NCBI GenBank assembly: GCA_051362555.1
Contig: CM120641.1
Location: forward strand, 25,302,401-25,366,400
DNA length: 64,000 nucleotides
Source: Lingula anatina
Lineage: Eukaryota; Animalia; Brachiopoda
Direction of reading: 5' to 3'
Position 1 is the first letter of the stretch, and each line of letters begins with the position of its first letter. Position numbers and translations under genes: made by a program. This document shows positions 12,163 through 24,545 of this stretch, in pieces. The notes beneath the pieces are model-generated. The model was not told where the DNA came from. It worked only from the letters and a program-made list of their open reading frames with translations, and made no database searches.

Positions 12163-12191
12163 TGTAAGTTGCAAAATATACTTTTGTTAGA

Positions 12192-15100
12192 TCAGATAAT
12201 CTTCCACTGCAGGACACATGTATCTCTGCCGCCTACACTGATTACATGACTGTTGTCAGCAGTAAACTTCACGCCATACACACAGCGGTGGGCACGATAG
12301 GTGTGGCTGAAACCCTGGGAAGAAAAAAAAACAAAAAAATTACATTATTCACTTTAATAAAAATATACAAAATTACAAAAAGAGAATTATGGTTTTGTTC
12401 CAGTTGTAAAAAATCTGATATATCCTTTCAGGGCTTAGGTGTTAAAATGATTTGGATTCAGTATAGTAATAGCACTTCCATTTGTGTCACATCAAGGAAA
12501 AGTTAATAAATATATCAAACTCCAAAGTTTATTGGTCTAAAAACCTTTTTCAATAGACATCCCCTTTTAACCTGCCCATTCAGATAATACTGAAAGAGAT
12601 GTTGGACCAGGCTTACCCCGTCTTGACTGCAGGGATGTCTGAATAAGCTTAGTCTCCCACTTCCATCTCCCATGACCAGTATATTAGTAGCAGCATTCAC
12701 ATCCAAGCTCATTATGTCTGCCTCTTGGGCTTGTTTGCTTTTCCACACACCTATTCGTAATATGTTGGATCAAATTCATGAAAATGTGTGCACGAGAGAA
12801 AGGGGAAGCTCAATAAAAAAAAACAAAAAAGAATTTGACCATCCCTGATGGTAAAGATTCATCATTCATTACAGCATCTTCCTTGAAATCCATTCTGGGT
12901 TACTTGCATCATCAGGTAGCCAGCTAACAGTGAGACAAAACTTAAACTGTGTTTCAGATTATCAATAAGTTAATAAAAACCAAGTGTATCATGATGACTG
13001 TTGATATATTTGTTTTTAAATGAATTAACCCAACATCTAGACATCCATGTACCAACCTGCTACAGTGTAGTCTAGAGTGCACTGCATGGATCCCCAGTCC
13101 ACATTCCTTAGTGTTTTGATTTCTGTTATTTCTTGTAAGAGGTTGGTATCCCCTGGACAAAAAAAAGTTACAATCATACATAATAAACTACAGTCAACTC
13201 TTCCACAGTACACATATGGGTCTCTCTCTCTCAGTTTGTGTGTAAAATATGCCAGCTTCATTCTTTTATTTTTAATTATTTCATATTAAATTAGCTTGAT
13301 GAATGACTTAAAAAGAAAATACTTACAGAACTTTGCAGTGTGGTCACAACAGCTACTTCGTAGAATCCAGCTACCTTCAACTTTCTCCACTGACCAGTCA
13401 AGGCCCGTTATACTAGACATGTGGCCCTTAAAGGAAAAAATAACAAACCCTATATAAATTAATGTACACTTAATGTTAAACCATTGTGAAAAAAGTATGA
13501 TAATTATTTATTTAATTCAAACAAAATGGATTAGTTTCCATGAAATGGTGTTTTTGTAAATAGTAATGCTGATTCAAGTTTTGAAAAGTTAGTTTGCTTC
13601 TTGTCAGAAAGAGCATTTATGTGAGTAACTAAGAAATAAAAAATCTTGAAAAAATAGGATATTATAATAAGTGAGTTGTCTCAAAACTAAGTAAATATTG
13701 CACAATTAGCTCCATCTTTAAAATCAATTTCTCAGCTGATTAAGGAGGCAATTTCTTTATAAACTATATTTTTGTATAAAATAGGTAAAATTAAAATCAA
13801 TTTTGTGGCAAAAATATTTTGTGGTTACATTTACTCACTCCATTTCATCTGTGAAAACTTACTTTGAATTCCCCAACTACTTCTAGTTGCCTGTTCATCA
13901 TCTCATTAACATCCACCTGGATAAGATGAAGAGGGCTGTTGTGACTGGCCACAGCTATCATAGAGCAATCTGAAACCACAATCACCTTATCACAAGCCTG
14001 CTCTTCATTCCAGAATTCTCGTATTCTAACAACTACTTTGTATGTATTTCCCATGTTGTGTTTAACTATGGGCTCATTTCTACTGAAACTATTGATCCTT
14101 GTAGATCAATCCAACTCTGCAGGGACTCTCGCTGAATGGAATCAGTTTAACAATAACAGATTAATACACCTCCTCTTGTTCTCAATGTGCTTGATTGTAT
14201 AATCACCAGCTTTTTCTGTATTCTACTCAACGCCAGATGAGTTCACGTGGAGTTGGATCGATCTACATTGACCTGAAGTTTCAAGGGGGATGAGCCCTAT
14301 CTTAACTTTTTTTTTGCTTTAAACAAATTCATTCATATTTTTATGTGCTGATTATCATCATGGTCTGTGATTAAATTTTCAATCACCCAAATGAGAAAAC
14401 AAATAAAATGTATGATAATCACAACACCAATAATAACAACATGTTTTCAACATTATTAACTTAAATCTTCTAGGACATATGAAAATCCTGCTTCTGATTT
14501 TAATAGCAACACAAAGAGGAAGAAAACAGGAGTACCAACCAGGGGCAAAAGCTATCTTGTCAATCCTGTGTTTGTTCAATTTTATCCTGTGTTGTTCATT
14601 GAGATTCATTGAAGATGAAAATTCCAAGAGGATTACACTAAATAAGAAGATAAAGTTGCCTGCAGTTACTTGAAATTTTATATATATTTTAAAGAAAAAA
14701 TGTGAACAAACGAGTAAGTCAATTTCACCTTCATTAATCAAATACCAATTTCATGGTGGAAATTTTAAAAAGTTATAATTTTTAAAATAAATTAAAAATA
14801 ATACAGTTTCATTCGATGATTTCTGCCAGTTTCTCTCAGAATAACTTTCAGCCCTATATACCCTCCATCCTTGGTTCCCAAGGTTAGTAGATTTCCTGAG
14901 TGACTTACATCTACACATGTCACATGGGTGTTCTGTAGAAAAACATAAATAAACAAATAAAGTTTCAGTGATTCTAAACCTAAATATTAGTACAACATAT
15001 CAATGTGTGGTGATACAACAAAATGTTTTTAGAAAAAGTAAAAGTGAAAAATAATTTGTACATTATTTTAATCATCTTGCATTAGATGTCTCTCTCTTTT

Positions 15101-18100
15101 AATTACCTTGAGGTAAGCCTTCCACAGGCCCCGTCTTGTCTGTGCATCAAACAGACAGAGTATACCATCATAACCTGCTGTCAGAAACCAGCCACTGTGT
15201 TCTGAGTTATGAACAACTGAAAGACCCCTTAGATCATCAAAATGTCCCTAAAATTTTAAAACATTAATACAATAATTATATAAATAATTCACTTAAAATG
15301 TTAGCATGCAAAACCAAAAGAAGTTTCTTTTGTACCTTAGCATGGAGGCTTCTTGTACTCCTCCCCCCAATTCCAGCTAAGCCTTTCTTTAGATATTACA
15401 ACTTACAATGCAAATCAATAGCAATTGTAATTGAAACCCATAACGCATATCTAACTTGTTATTGTTTTAATCAATCTGGTAGAAAAAAGGGTATGAATCA
15501 AAGGTTCATCTAATACTCTCAAAATTGTGGTTGGCCTTTGGAAATAAATACAACATGGATTCTGTTATTTAAAATCTGCTGTAAATTTGGTCACCTGTGT
15601 TAAAGGTATTGGTTCTAGAGTGAGATCACTGAGAGGAAGGCCCTGGGAAGCCATCTTGGCAGAGACTATGGCATTCATGGTGGTTCCACACAGCAGTCTG
15701 TCCCCGCAGACCTGGATCATCCTCAACCCACCCTCTGTTCTAGGCAACTGGAAGATGGGTGATAACACAGTTACTGCAAGAGAGAGAAAGCATGCAGGGG
15801 GTGGGGTGGGGTGGGGTGGGGGATGGAAGGGTTTTCAAAAGAACAACCATTTTGGCATGGGAAGATGTGCTCAGAATCCATATCTTATATACCGGGTACT
15901 AATAGGTTCTGTGCCATTTTTTAAGGAGGTAAAAAATTCAATTTTTCCGGAAAAAGACCCCCCCTTTGAAATTGCTGTATACAGGCTCAAATTGAACCCC
16001 AATCTTACCATGGTGTTATGAGTTTCAGAGGTAACTTGACACTATCCTCTAATCAGGGGCGGATTTAGGCCGTCTTCTGGGTCTTCCAGAAGATGGTCAG
16101 ACTTTCAAGTTAACATTGACGGGTATCTAATTTTTTCTGTTGGAAGACGGTCAAAATTGGACGATATATCAACAAGGATAATTTGGAAGACTGTCAGTAA
16201 ATAGCTCTGGATCCGCCCCTGCTCTAATACATTTATTACCATTTCTTTGCTGTTGCTGAACAGGAGAGTTTTCAGTAACCTCTTACACTCAGGGTGTGTT
16301 ATATGTATGGTGAAAAGCTGTTTCTATTGACACTAAAATTAAAAGAGTGAATGATAATGTCTTATGTCATGTTAACTGGATGTCATCTTTATTTCTCATT
16401 GAAAAATAAAATACAATGTCATATGTTGTGTGAAATTTTGCCTCTGAAGTTATGCCAGGGCCATTTCTCAAAGATATTCCAGACTTAAAAATCTGAACAA
16501 AACAACAAAATTGAAGTGCACCTTCATTTCACCAGCAGTATCCATATTTTTATTCCATGCCCAAGCACACAGTTTGCCATCTCTGCCTCCTGACAGTAAC
16601 GTCCCTCTCAATGATAGAAGGGAAAACACTGGACCCTGAATAAAGTTATATGCAAGATACTTTATCTTTCCAAACAAAAATAAAGTCAAACCTTTTTAAG
16701 TCTACATGATTAAATATGAACCTAAAATATTCCTTGTACACATCTGGACCAACAATATTGTTTTTTGAACTTGCAGAATTTTCAATTATGATTCAAGTAT
16801 GATTAAGATATTCTAATAAATATCAATGATTTCACTACAAATACTGCTAAATTCCTATCCATTATACAAATCGACTTACCTCATGTGCATGTTTGATATA
16901 GTTTGTGATAACATTGCCACCATATCCCCAAACGTATATAGTACCATTTGAATCTCCAGTGACAAGGTCCCCCTTGTCATTGTGCATCATACAGATGATG
17001 AACCTGGCTTTATTGTGTTTCTGCATGAAAAAGAGTATTTTGAATTATTCACTGTGATTCACTGTGCCATTTTCAATTCATAAAACATCTGAAATTAAGC
17101 AAGTGGTGAAAATTAAAAGAAAAATGAATAATCAGCATTAATCATGTCACTTGTTTTTACCTATGACAAAAAAATGTAAACACGGGAGTGCTAGCAGCTT
17201 CAGTGCACTTACAGCAATGTCCTTAAAAAACATGTCAGTTATGGAATCGAAATGACTTTTAAAAATTGAGAAAAAAATGCAGTAAATAATGTCGTAATTA
17301 CCTCATAATTGGGATTTCCATTCATCTCTATCATGCCTCCCTCCACATATGCTTTCCACCACGCAATGTGTTCTCTTCCAATGGTGACTAGGATTGCAGG
17401 ATCTCTGGGGTTGAACCCAACATCGCAAATAACATCCACTCCTATCTGAATGAAAGATAAAAGACAAAAACTAAAATTTTCATAGCTCCCCAAATTCATC
17501 ACTCTGAACTTCAGCAACAAACGTTCATCAGAATGTATTCCTATTCCACTGCTGTTTGTTATAATTGACTTGTAAATTATGGGACCATTCCCAAACCCTA
17601 TTAACTACTAACTGTGGATCGATCTCTCTTTGAGGGGATTCTCGCTAAATTTTATCAACTAGGGGCTAATTAATTATCTTTAAGCAGCTTCAGTAGGCAT
17701 GCCAGACATCTAAGCCACTTAAGCTGAAAGCAATTTGGCGAGAAACCCTTCAGAGATGGATCAATCATGTTAGATTGATGTAGGTATGGGAACCCAGTCT
17801 ATGAAGCCCAGAGTAAAATCTATATACATTTAAAAAAGAAAACAATTATGCAATGGCAGCAGCACAAGTTAATATGTTTTTACTTTTAGTGTCTGACATT
17901 ATCCGGCCATACATCACTCACCAAAACGTGGGCCAGGCGTTTCCCGAGGCTGACATCCCAAATGCTCATGACATGCTCAGCGCTGTCATCTACTGCCACC
18001 AGACGGTCCTGCAAAACATGTCGAAACATCAGTTAATTTGATAATTTCTTTAATTAACAACAAAGATTTCAATTAAAAAAATAGTTCTCCAGCATTTTTG

Positions 18101-19022
18101 TGTCCCTAACCATAGCCTGAGGTGTGCTGTCAGGGTACCTGACATATCCCTTTGAAAAACTGGTATCCCTTTGAAAAACTGGTAATTAATAAAAACAAGG
18201 CAGCAAAGCTGTCAAATGTACAGACAAAAAACAGAAAATAAAGATGCAAAATAGGTCATTTTGTCAATTTTGATGCAATAATAAATAATGCTTATAATAG
18301 CACTGTCAGTCAACACTGAATTTTAATCATGCACAACAGGTAAAATGGTCAATAACATGAGCGGACCCAGAGATATTTTCTGACAGTATTCCAAAGTATC
18401 TATTTTGATCCATCCTCCATTTTGATGGTCTTCCAACAGAAGAAAAAATAGATACCAGGCAATATAAACTTAATAACCTGACTGTCTTCCGGAAGACCCA
18501 GAAGATGGTCTCAATCTACCCTTTCAATAAGATTACAGTTTTAGGACCATGAGAGACCAAAGTCGCACGATGAAAGTCTCAATATTTGAAAAATGATGAC
18601 AGTGTATAAAATAATATTACATAATGTTTAAAGACATAAAAACAATACAACTGCTTCTGTGGAAATACAGAAAATGTGCAGAGCCTCGAACGGATTTGAG
18701 TTAAAAGTCACAAATGCAAGTGTTTGAGAAAAAATTATAAAGGAAAACATAACAAAACTAGAAAAGCACTCCAAGAGTGCAGGCCAAGGCAGCAATTGTT
18801 GATTATTATTGATTATTGATTGATAATTGAGCCAGACCACCACCAAAAACTAATCATTGGCCCACTTCTGACAGTTCCTGAAAATTTCAGCGAAATCAGT
18901 CTATAACTTTTTGAGTTATGTTGATGACAGACAAACAGGGGTGAAAATATAACCTCCTTGGCAGAGCCTGAGGTAAATATAATTCCAATGATGTTGCTAT
19001 TCAAACTTTTCATCTTCGTGTT

Positions 19023-19113
<91 letters not shown>

Positions 19114-22100
19114 CCTGCATAATTTACCTCCATAATTATCACTGCTTCCTTATTATTAATCTAGCAGCTCGAGAGCTTAACCTTTGGGAGTTTACAGGGA
19201 GATATCAACAAGTGTGCTTTATGTAATCTCATTTAATGGCCTATTAATAATCAATTAGGCAAATGAATTTATAACTCAGAACTAAGCTAAGTGATACCCA
19301 AGGGAAATTTACAGACTGACCCTCTCAAAGGTCTTTCAGGCCCATAAGTCACATCTTAAGAAATGCACAAAACAATAATGCACAAAATAGGAGACTACCA
19401 ATTCTGATGCAATAATACATTATGTTTAACTGCACAGTCAACATCAAATTTTAATTATGCACAACAGGTAACAACGACGAAAGTAAAAGCATAAGGCTTC
19501 AGGCCCATCAGAGTTCAAGTTTATACTTAGAAAGTGCCAGAATGAGAAAAATGAAAATTTCACACAAAATTGCATAAATTCAATAATAAATGATAACCCA
19601 ATTGACCTGGCTTTCTAATCTGAACTGCATGCCAATCCTTAAAATCATACTTGGAAGTTAAAAATAATAATAAGTAACACAGTTTTCTTTTCATAATGTT
19701 TGCAGTAGCAGTGCAAAAAGATTGTTGTCAATTTTGATGTAACATTACATAATAAATTGTAGAATAATTATCAACAATTTTTGATTATTGACTATAAATA
19801 GCATGGACATGTAGAAAATTTGATTACCATTCGCCTTCATGTCCATGGGAGCTCCGAGTCCCACAATGAATATGCCAAAAAGATAATGAATATTTCACTC
19901 AAATGTATAACTTCCAGAAAAAGAAGCCAATTAGACTGCTTTTCCAAGTCAGGCTGCATTTTAGTCCAGTGTTTCTTTTTTAAAGGTTTGACAGTCATAA
20001 GTAACACATTTTTCTCATAATGGTCATCATGACAGCGGCACCAAAAATTGTGTTTTCTTCTATTCTGATGCAACATTACATAATGCTTAACAGCATAATG
20101 ACCATCAATTTTTAATAATAGAATATTAGTAACATGGACATTCAGAAAACGTGACAAGCAAAGGTCTTCAGGATCATGGAACTTCATAGTCACACCTTGA
20201 AAATGCCAATAAGTGAAAAATAAAATTTTCACAAAAAACTGTTTAATTGCCAGAAAAATATTACCAAACAGACTGCATTGCCTACTGAAGCTGTAATTTA
20301 GACCCATATGTCTTTCCTGTAAGTTTGAAAACAGTAAGTGACATGATTTTCCTTAAATGGTCATCATGGGAGCAGTGCCCAAAATAGGGGTTTCTTCAAA
20401 TTTTGATGCAACATTACATAATGTTTAACAGCATAATGACCATCAATTTTTAATAATAGAATATTAGTAACATGGACATTCAGAAAATGTGACTAGCAAA
20501 GGTCTGCAGGCTCATGGAACTTCAAAGTCACATCTTAAAAATGCCAAAATATAAACAAGACAGCACTGTTCTGAAATGGGTTTATTTTCATTTTAACACT
20601 TTTTTAACATAAAACAAAATAAACAGTTTACTGCCATTTTTATATGACCAACTAAGAAAATTGATGAGATGGGAAAAATATCAATAGAGCAGTGTTAAAT
20701 GTCCAATTTCCTCCATTCTGAGATTCTGAACATAATGGATGATTGAATCTAACAAACTGCTAGATATGAGTTTATTTCCATTTTTGACACTTTATTACAC
20801 ATTACACGATATCAAGTTTACCATCATTTTTACATAATCAACTAACAATGTTGTAAAGATGCAGGCAATATCAAGCTAACACTTTTACGTATCTTATTAG
20901 TTAAATAATGAGACTGTTAACATGCTTAAGAATTGAATCTGAGGAAATGTGAAAAAACAGCATAACTTCTAAAATAATGGCCCGTTTATGCTGATTTTCG
21001 AACTCAACCTGCGTTTTAGTAAGATTGACCACTCCTGTAAGTATAATTTTCTTATATTGTGTTATCAGTGTTGCATATATGTTCAAAAAAGTGAAAAAAC
21101 AGCATAACTCCCCTAAAAATGGCCCGATCATGCTGATTTTCGAACTTGACCTGCGAATTATGAATATTCATCAGTTTTGTAAGTTTCAAGCCAAAAAGTA
21201 AAATGGTTTTCCACTTATCGTGTTATCGGTGCTGCATATATGCTGAAAATAGTGAAAAAACAGCATAACTTCCCTATAAGTCACCCATTCATGCTGATTT
21301 TCGAACTTGACCTGCGTATCATGAATATTCATCAGTTCTGCAGGTTTCAAGCCAAAAGATAAAACGGTTCTTCACTTATCGTGTTATCGGTGAAAGTGCA
21401 CGACGGCGACGCCGGCGACGACGACAGACGCAGATGATGGCTATATGTACAGACACATCTGTGTCTGTACATAAAAAAAGGAAGAACAGTGCTTGTAGCA
21501 CAGTGTTGAGCAACTAAAATTTTATTTTATTTCTTACCTAGGAATAGCAGTACAGAGAACATTTTCAATTGCTTACCTGAATTTTAAACTGAGAGTTAGA
21601 ATCCATTGAATCTCCATGTGATTTCTGAAATATACAACAATATGCACATAAAATTTAAAGTGAGAAAGAAGCCTAGGTTTTTTATCTTTAAAAATCTGAA
21701 CTTTCAATTTAATCACCAGTAAAAACTAAAAATCATAATAAGTAATTTGAAAAATTGATTTAAAGACAAAGAGTATAACCATGTCTCTATCAAAATGAAA
21801 GGAGTTTTAATTTGTGATCGATATGCAATTATATAAATATATTTATCATGTCTAAAAATTCAGATTATATTGGTTATTTATTTTTTATTGGTTTAAAAAT
21901 TTTTTTGATTTTCAAGATCACAACAAAGGTTCATGACAATAAGATGTACATGTAGCAATGAATTGCATTACCACATAACAAATTTAAATTTTATTTTGGT
22001 AAATTGTTTTGGATGAATGGTGAAGGTGAAGTTAATAAGGGGCATATGGGGGAGCGTAGTATTGGGTAAAAAATAAACAAGGCCTATTTTAATAGAGTTT

Positions 22101-24504
22101 TGAATGCATGGAATTTGTCCTCTATTGTAATTTAAGTATATGTATACACTTGCCTTGATCCTGGTAAATGCCATGCACACCACAGATTTCTCAAAAAAAC
22201 CCATGCCACAAACATGGAGAGTTTGCAAAGTGTCACAACGCCAGATTCTGATATGAGCCTGTCAAAAAAAAAAAAGAAAACAAAACAAAACAATATAAAA
22301 AAGATTCTGTCCAATTGTTACTTTTGAAGATACTAGATGCTCCAGAATATATACTAATATAGGACCACAGCATGAAACTTGCATAATAAAAATGAAAGTA
22401 ACAACTTGTAAGAGGCTGATTACACGGAATTCTTTTGGCGTCTTAGTTTCTTACATTGTTTTCCTGCTTGGAGGACTCCTGTCCAGTTGCCACGGTAACA
22501 CCATTAGAGTGTAATGCCATGCTGCAAAATAAAATCAAATATCAGTTTTAACTGTGATATATAATGAACATTTTCAAATGATACTCAAATTCATAAATCA
22601 ATTATCATTTCATATATGATGTCTAAAGTTTGTACTAAAAATATACGAAACTCCCTCTATAAAGTAACAATTTTGAAAATGAGCATTGTTTTATTCAGAA
22701 AAATATCTATTATAAAGACGTGAATACAGAAAATAATTAACTTTACCTCCCCCATAAAAAAGCAAACTGAAATTGTTTTATCTTACCATTTGATGTCCTC
22801 TGTATGCTCTCTGTAGTGTCTCTGTGAGTGTGACTCATTGTTATACAGTACAGATATAGGGCCCACAAAGTACAAGATCTCCCCTGCACTTGTAATATGG
22901 ATGTTACTACGGCAATCATTGCCTCGGTATCCATATCTGTGGATATAAAAGTTTATATTAACATTTCAAATGAAAACATGCACCCTATCAATTTTGTCCT
23001 TGACAGCAAATGAAAAAAAATGAAACTTTTAAAACGCTGCGTTAATTATCTTCTGAAACCTGTCCACCAGCTCCATGACTTTAATATAACAGTTAACCCT
23101 AATAAAAGAAACTATTCAGTTAATTACTACTTACACCCACTCCAATTTGAGTCTTTCTTTTGGTGGATCAATAGCATGTTGTTTCCCCAGGTAAACATCT
23201 GGGATGTATAACTTTGTATCTTTTCCCTTGATATTCATCACAATTTCAGTATTGTCCTCAGCTTGTACTGGGGGTGGAGGAGGGGAGCTTACTTCTGCAT
23301 GGAGGTCAGTTGAAGTTGCTGCATTTTGGCCATCTGAAGTATCTTTGAAAATGTTCATCAAACAGATGCAGACAAAGAAACACAGTATAATGTGCATTGT
23401 GCATAACAAAATCTCAAAGTTATTAATTTTCCATGCTCATAAGGTGCTGACCTAAAGTATTTGATTTAATCCTATAAAAGTTTCCATAAGACACAGGCCT
23501 ACCCAACTACCAGACTCGGCACCTACGGATCCAGAATAAACTGGTATATCAGACCACACTACCCGTTTTCAAGGTGTTCGTCAGATCGCATTACAGAGTA
23601 TCATACCCCATCACAAATTTTGTAAGCCTATCTGTCATCCGGGTATCGCGCATCGTTTTCGTCAAGTAGGAGTCGTATGAATACAACAATATGGTGACAG
23701 ACGACTCCCTCAATCAGGGGGTGGAAACGCGCTACTTTTATGATTAAGACGAGCCTAGCCGTCAATACCGGTTATTGTTTTGTGACCTTGAGGAACAATT
23801 AGGTTTGGTCGTTGCGGCACGCATGAACAGTAGTTGAACTACCACACCTGGGTCTTTTGTTTTTGACAACTGTTCACTCGTCATCGAGGCGCTTGTTCAA
23901 GACTACAGGCTGATATCTACTAGTACTACCAGTCGCTTCATTAGTAACGTTCCCACAATACTTAGTTTTTTTGTCTGTGTGTACATACCCTGAAAAAGGC
24001 CAGCCTCGCTGACGAGAACAATGGACGTTTCTCACCCCTCTCTAGGATTACCCCTGCCCTCAATATCGTCCATCCCGGTAGTCATGAAAATATTTAACCC
24101 CCCGACAGAATATGCTTCTGCTATCAAAATTAGGTCTACTTTTCTAAATTAATATATAAGTTTGCAAGTTCTTATTTACAAAACATCATTGGCTATGTCT
24201 GAACCTAAATTTTATGTTAAAAATTGCGGTATTGTCAGATTTTAGCATAAACAGGGAAAATTGCAGCAGCGCATGAATCTAGATGAGATGCACTACTTTC
24301 CAACCCCGCTTAGGATCATTGCTATCACATCGGGCACCAGGCAAAATCGGTGTGGTGGCTGATACTCTGTAATGCGATCTGACACACACCTTGAAAACGG
24401 GCAGTGTGGTCTGATAAACCGGTTTATTCTGGATCCGTAGGTGCAGAGTCTGGTAGTTGGGTAGGCCTGAGACAACAAAATCTGAAATCAACTGGAACAA
24501 AAAA

Positions 24505-24545
<41 letters not shown>

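Larger units (their letters stand above)
18191..21472 (+). mobile_element. Non-autonomous Helentron/HINE-like element, family A copy 2 (with nested insertions)
   Basis: 5' end aaacaaggcagcaaagctgtcaaatgtacagac. Subunits of about 339 bp (20082/20421), then 143-161 bp (20952/21095/21256). GAC microsatellite, then a perfect hairpin atgtacagacac-atct-gtgtctgtacat (21445-21472) followed by an A run. Confidence 0.85.

Noticed and set aside
15587-16021. 144-aa plus-strand ORF and other antisense ORFs over EML, CETN3 and collagen exons
   Set aside because: Antisense shadows of real exons plus repeat sequence, with no independent coding signal.
19837-20307. Similar ORFs (GHYAVKHYV.LHQN) at 3365-3559, 19837-20307 and 60169-60363 suggesting a small gene family
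   Set aside because: They are translations of the same family A repeat subunit. Frames and stops differ between copies and no domain is recognisable.
22486-22499. Near-perfect RFX X-box GTTGCCACGGTAAC
   Set aside because: It lies inside a coding exon and is explained by the conserved VTVATG codons. It is far from any start site.
23494-24469. Transib/ProtoRAG identity suggested by the 5-bp TSD
   Set aside because: The termini are CAGG rather than the CAC heptamer-like ends of Transib/RAG-like elements, and there is no RAG1-like ORF.
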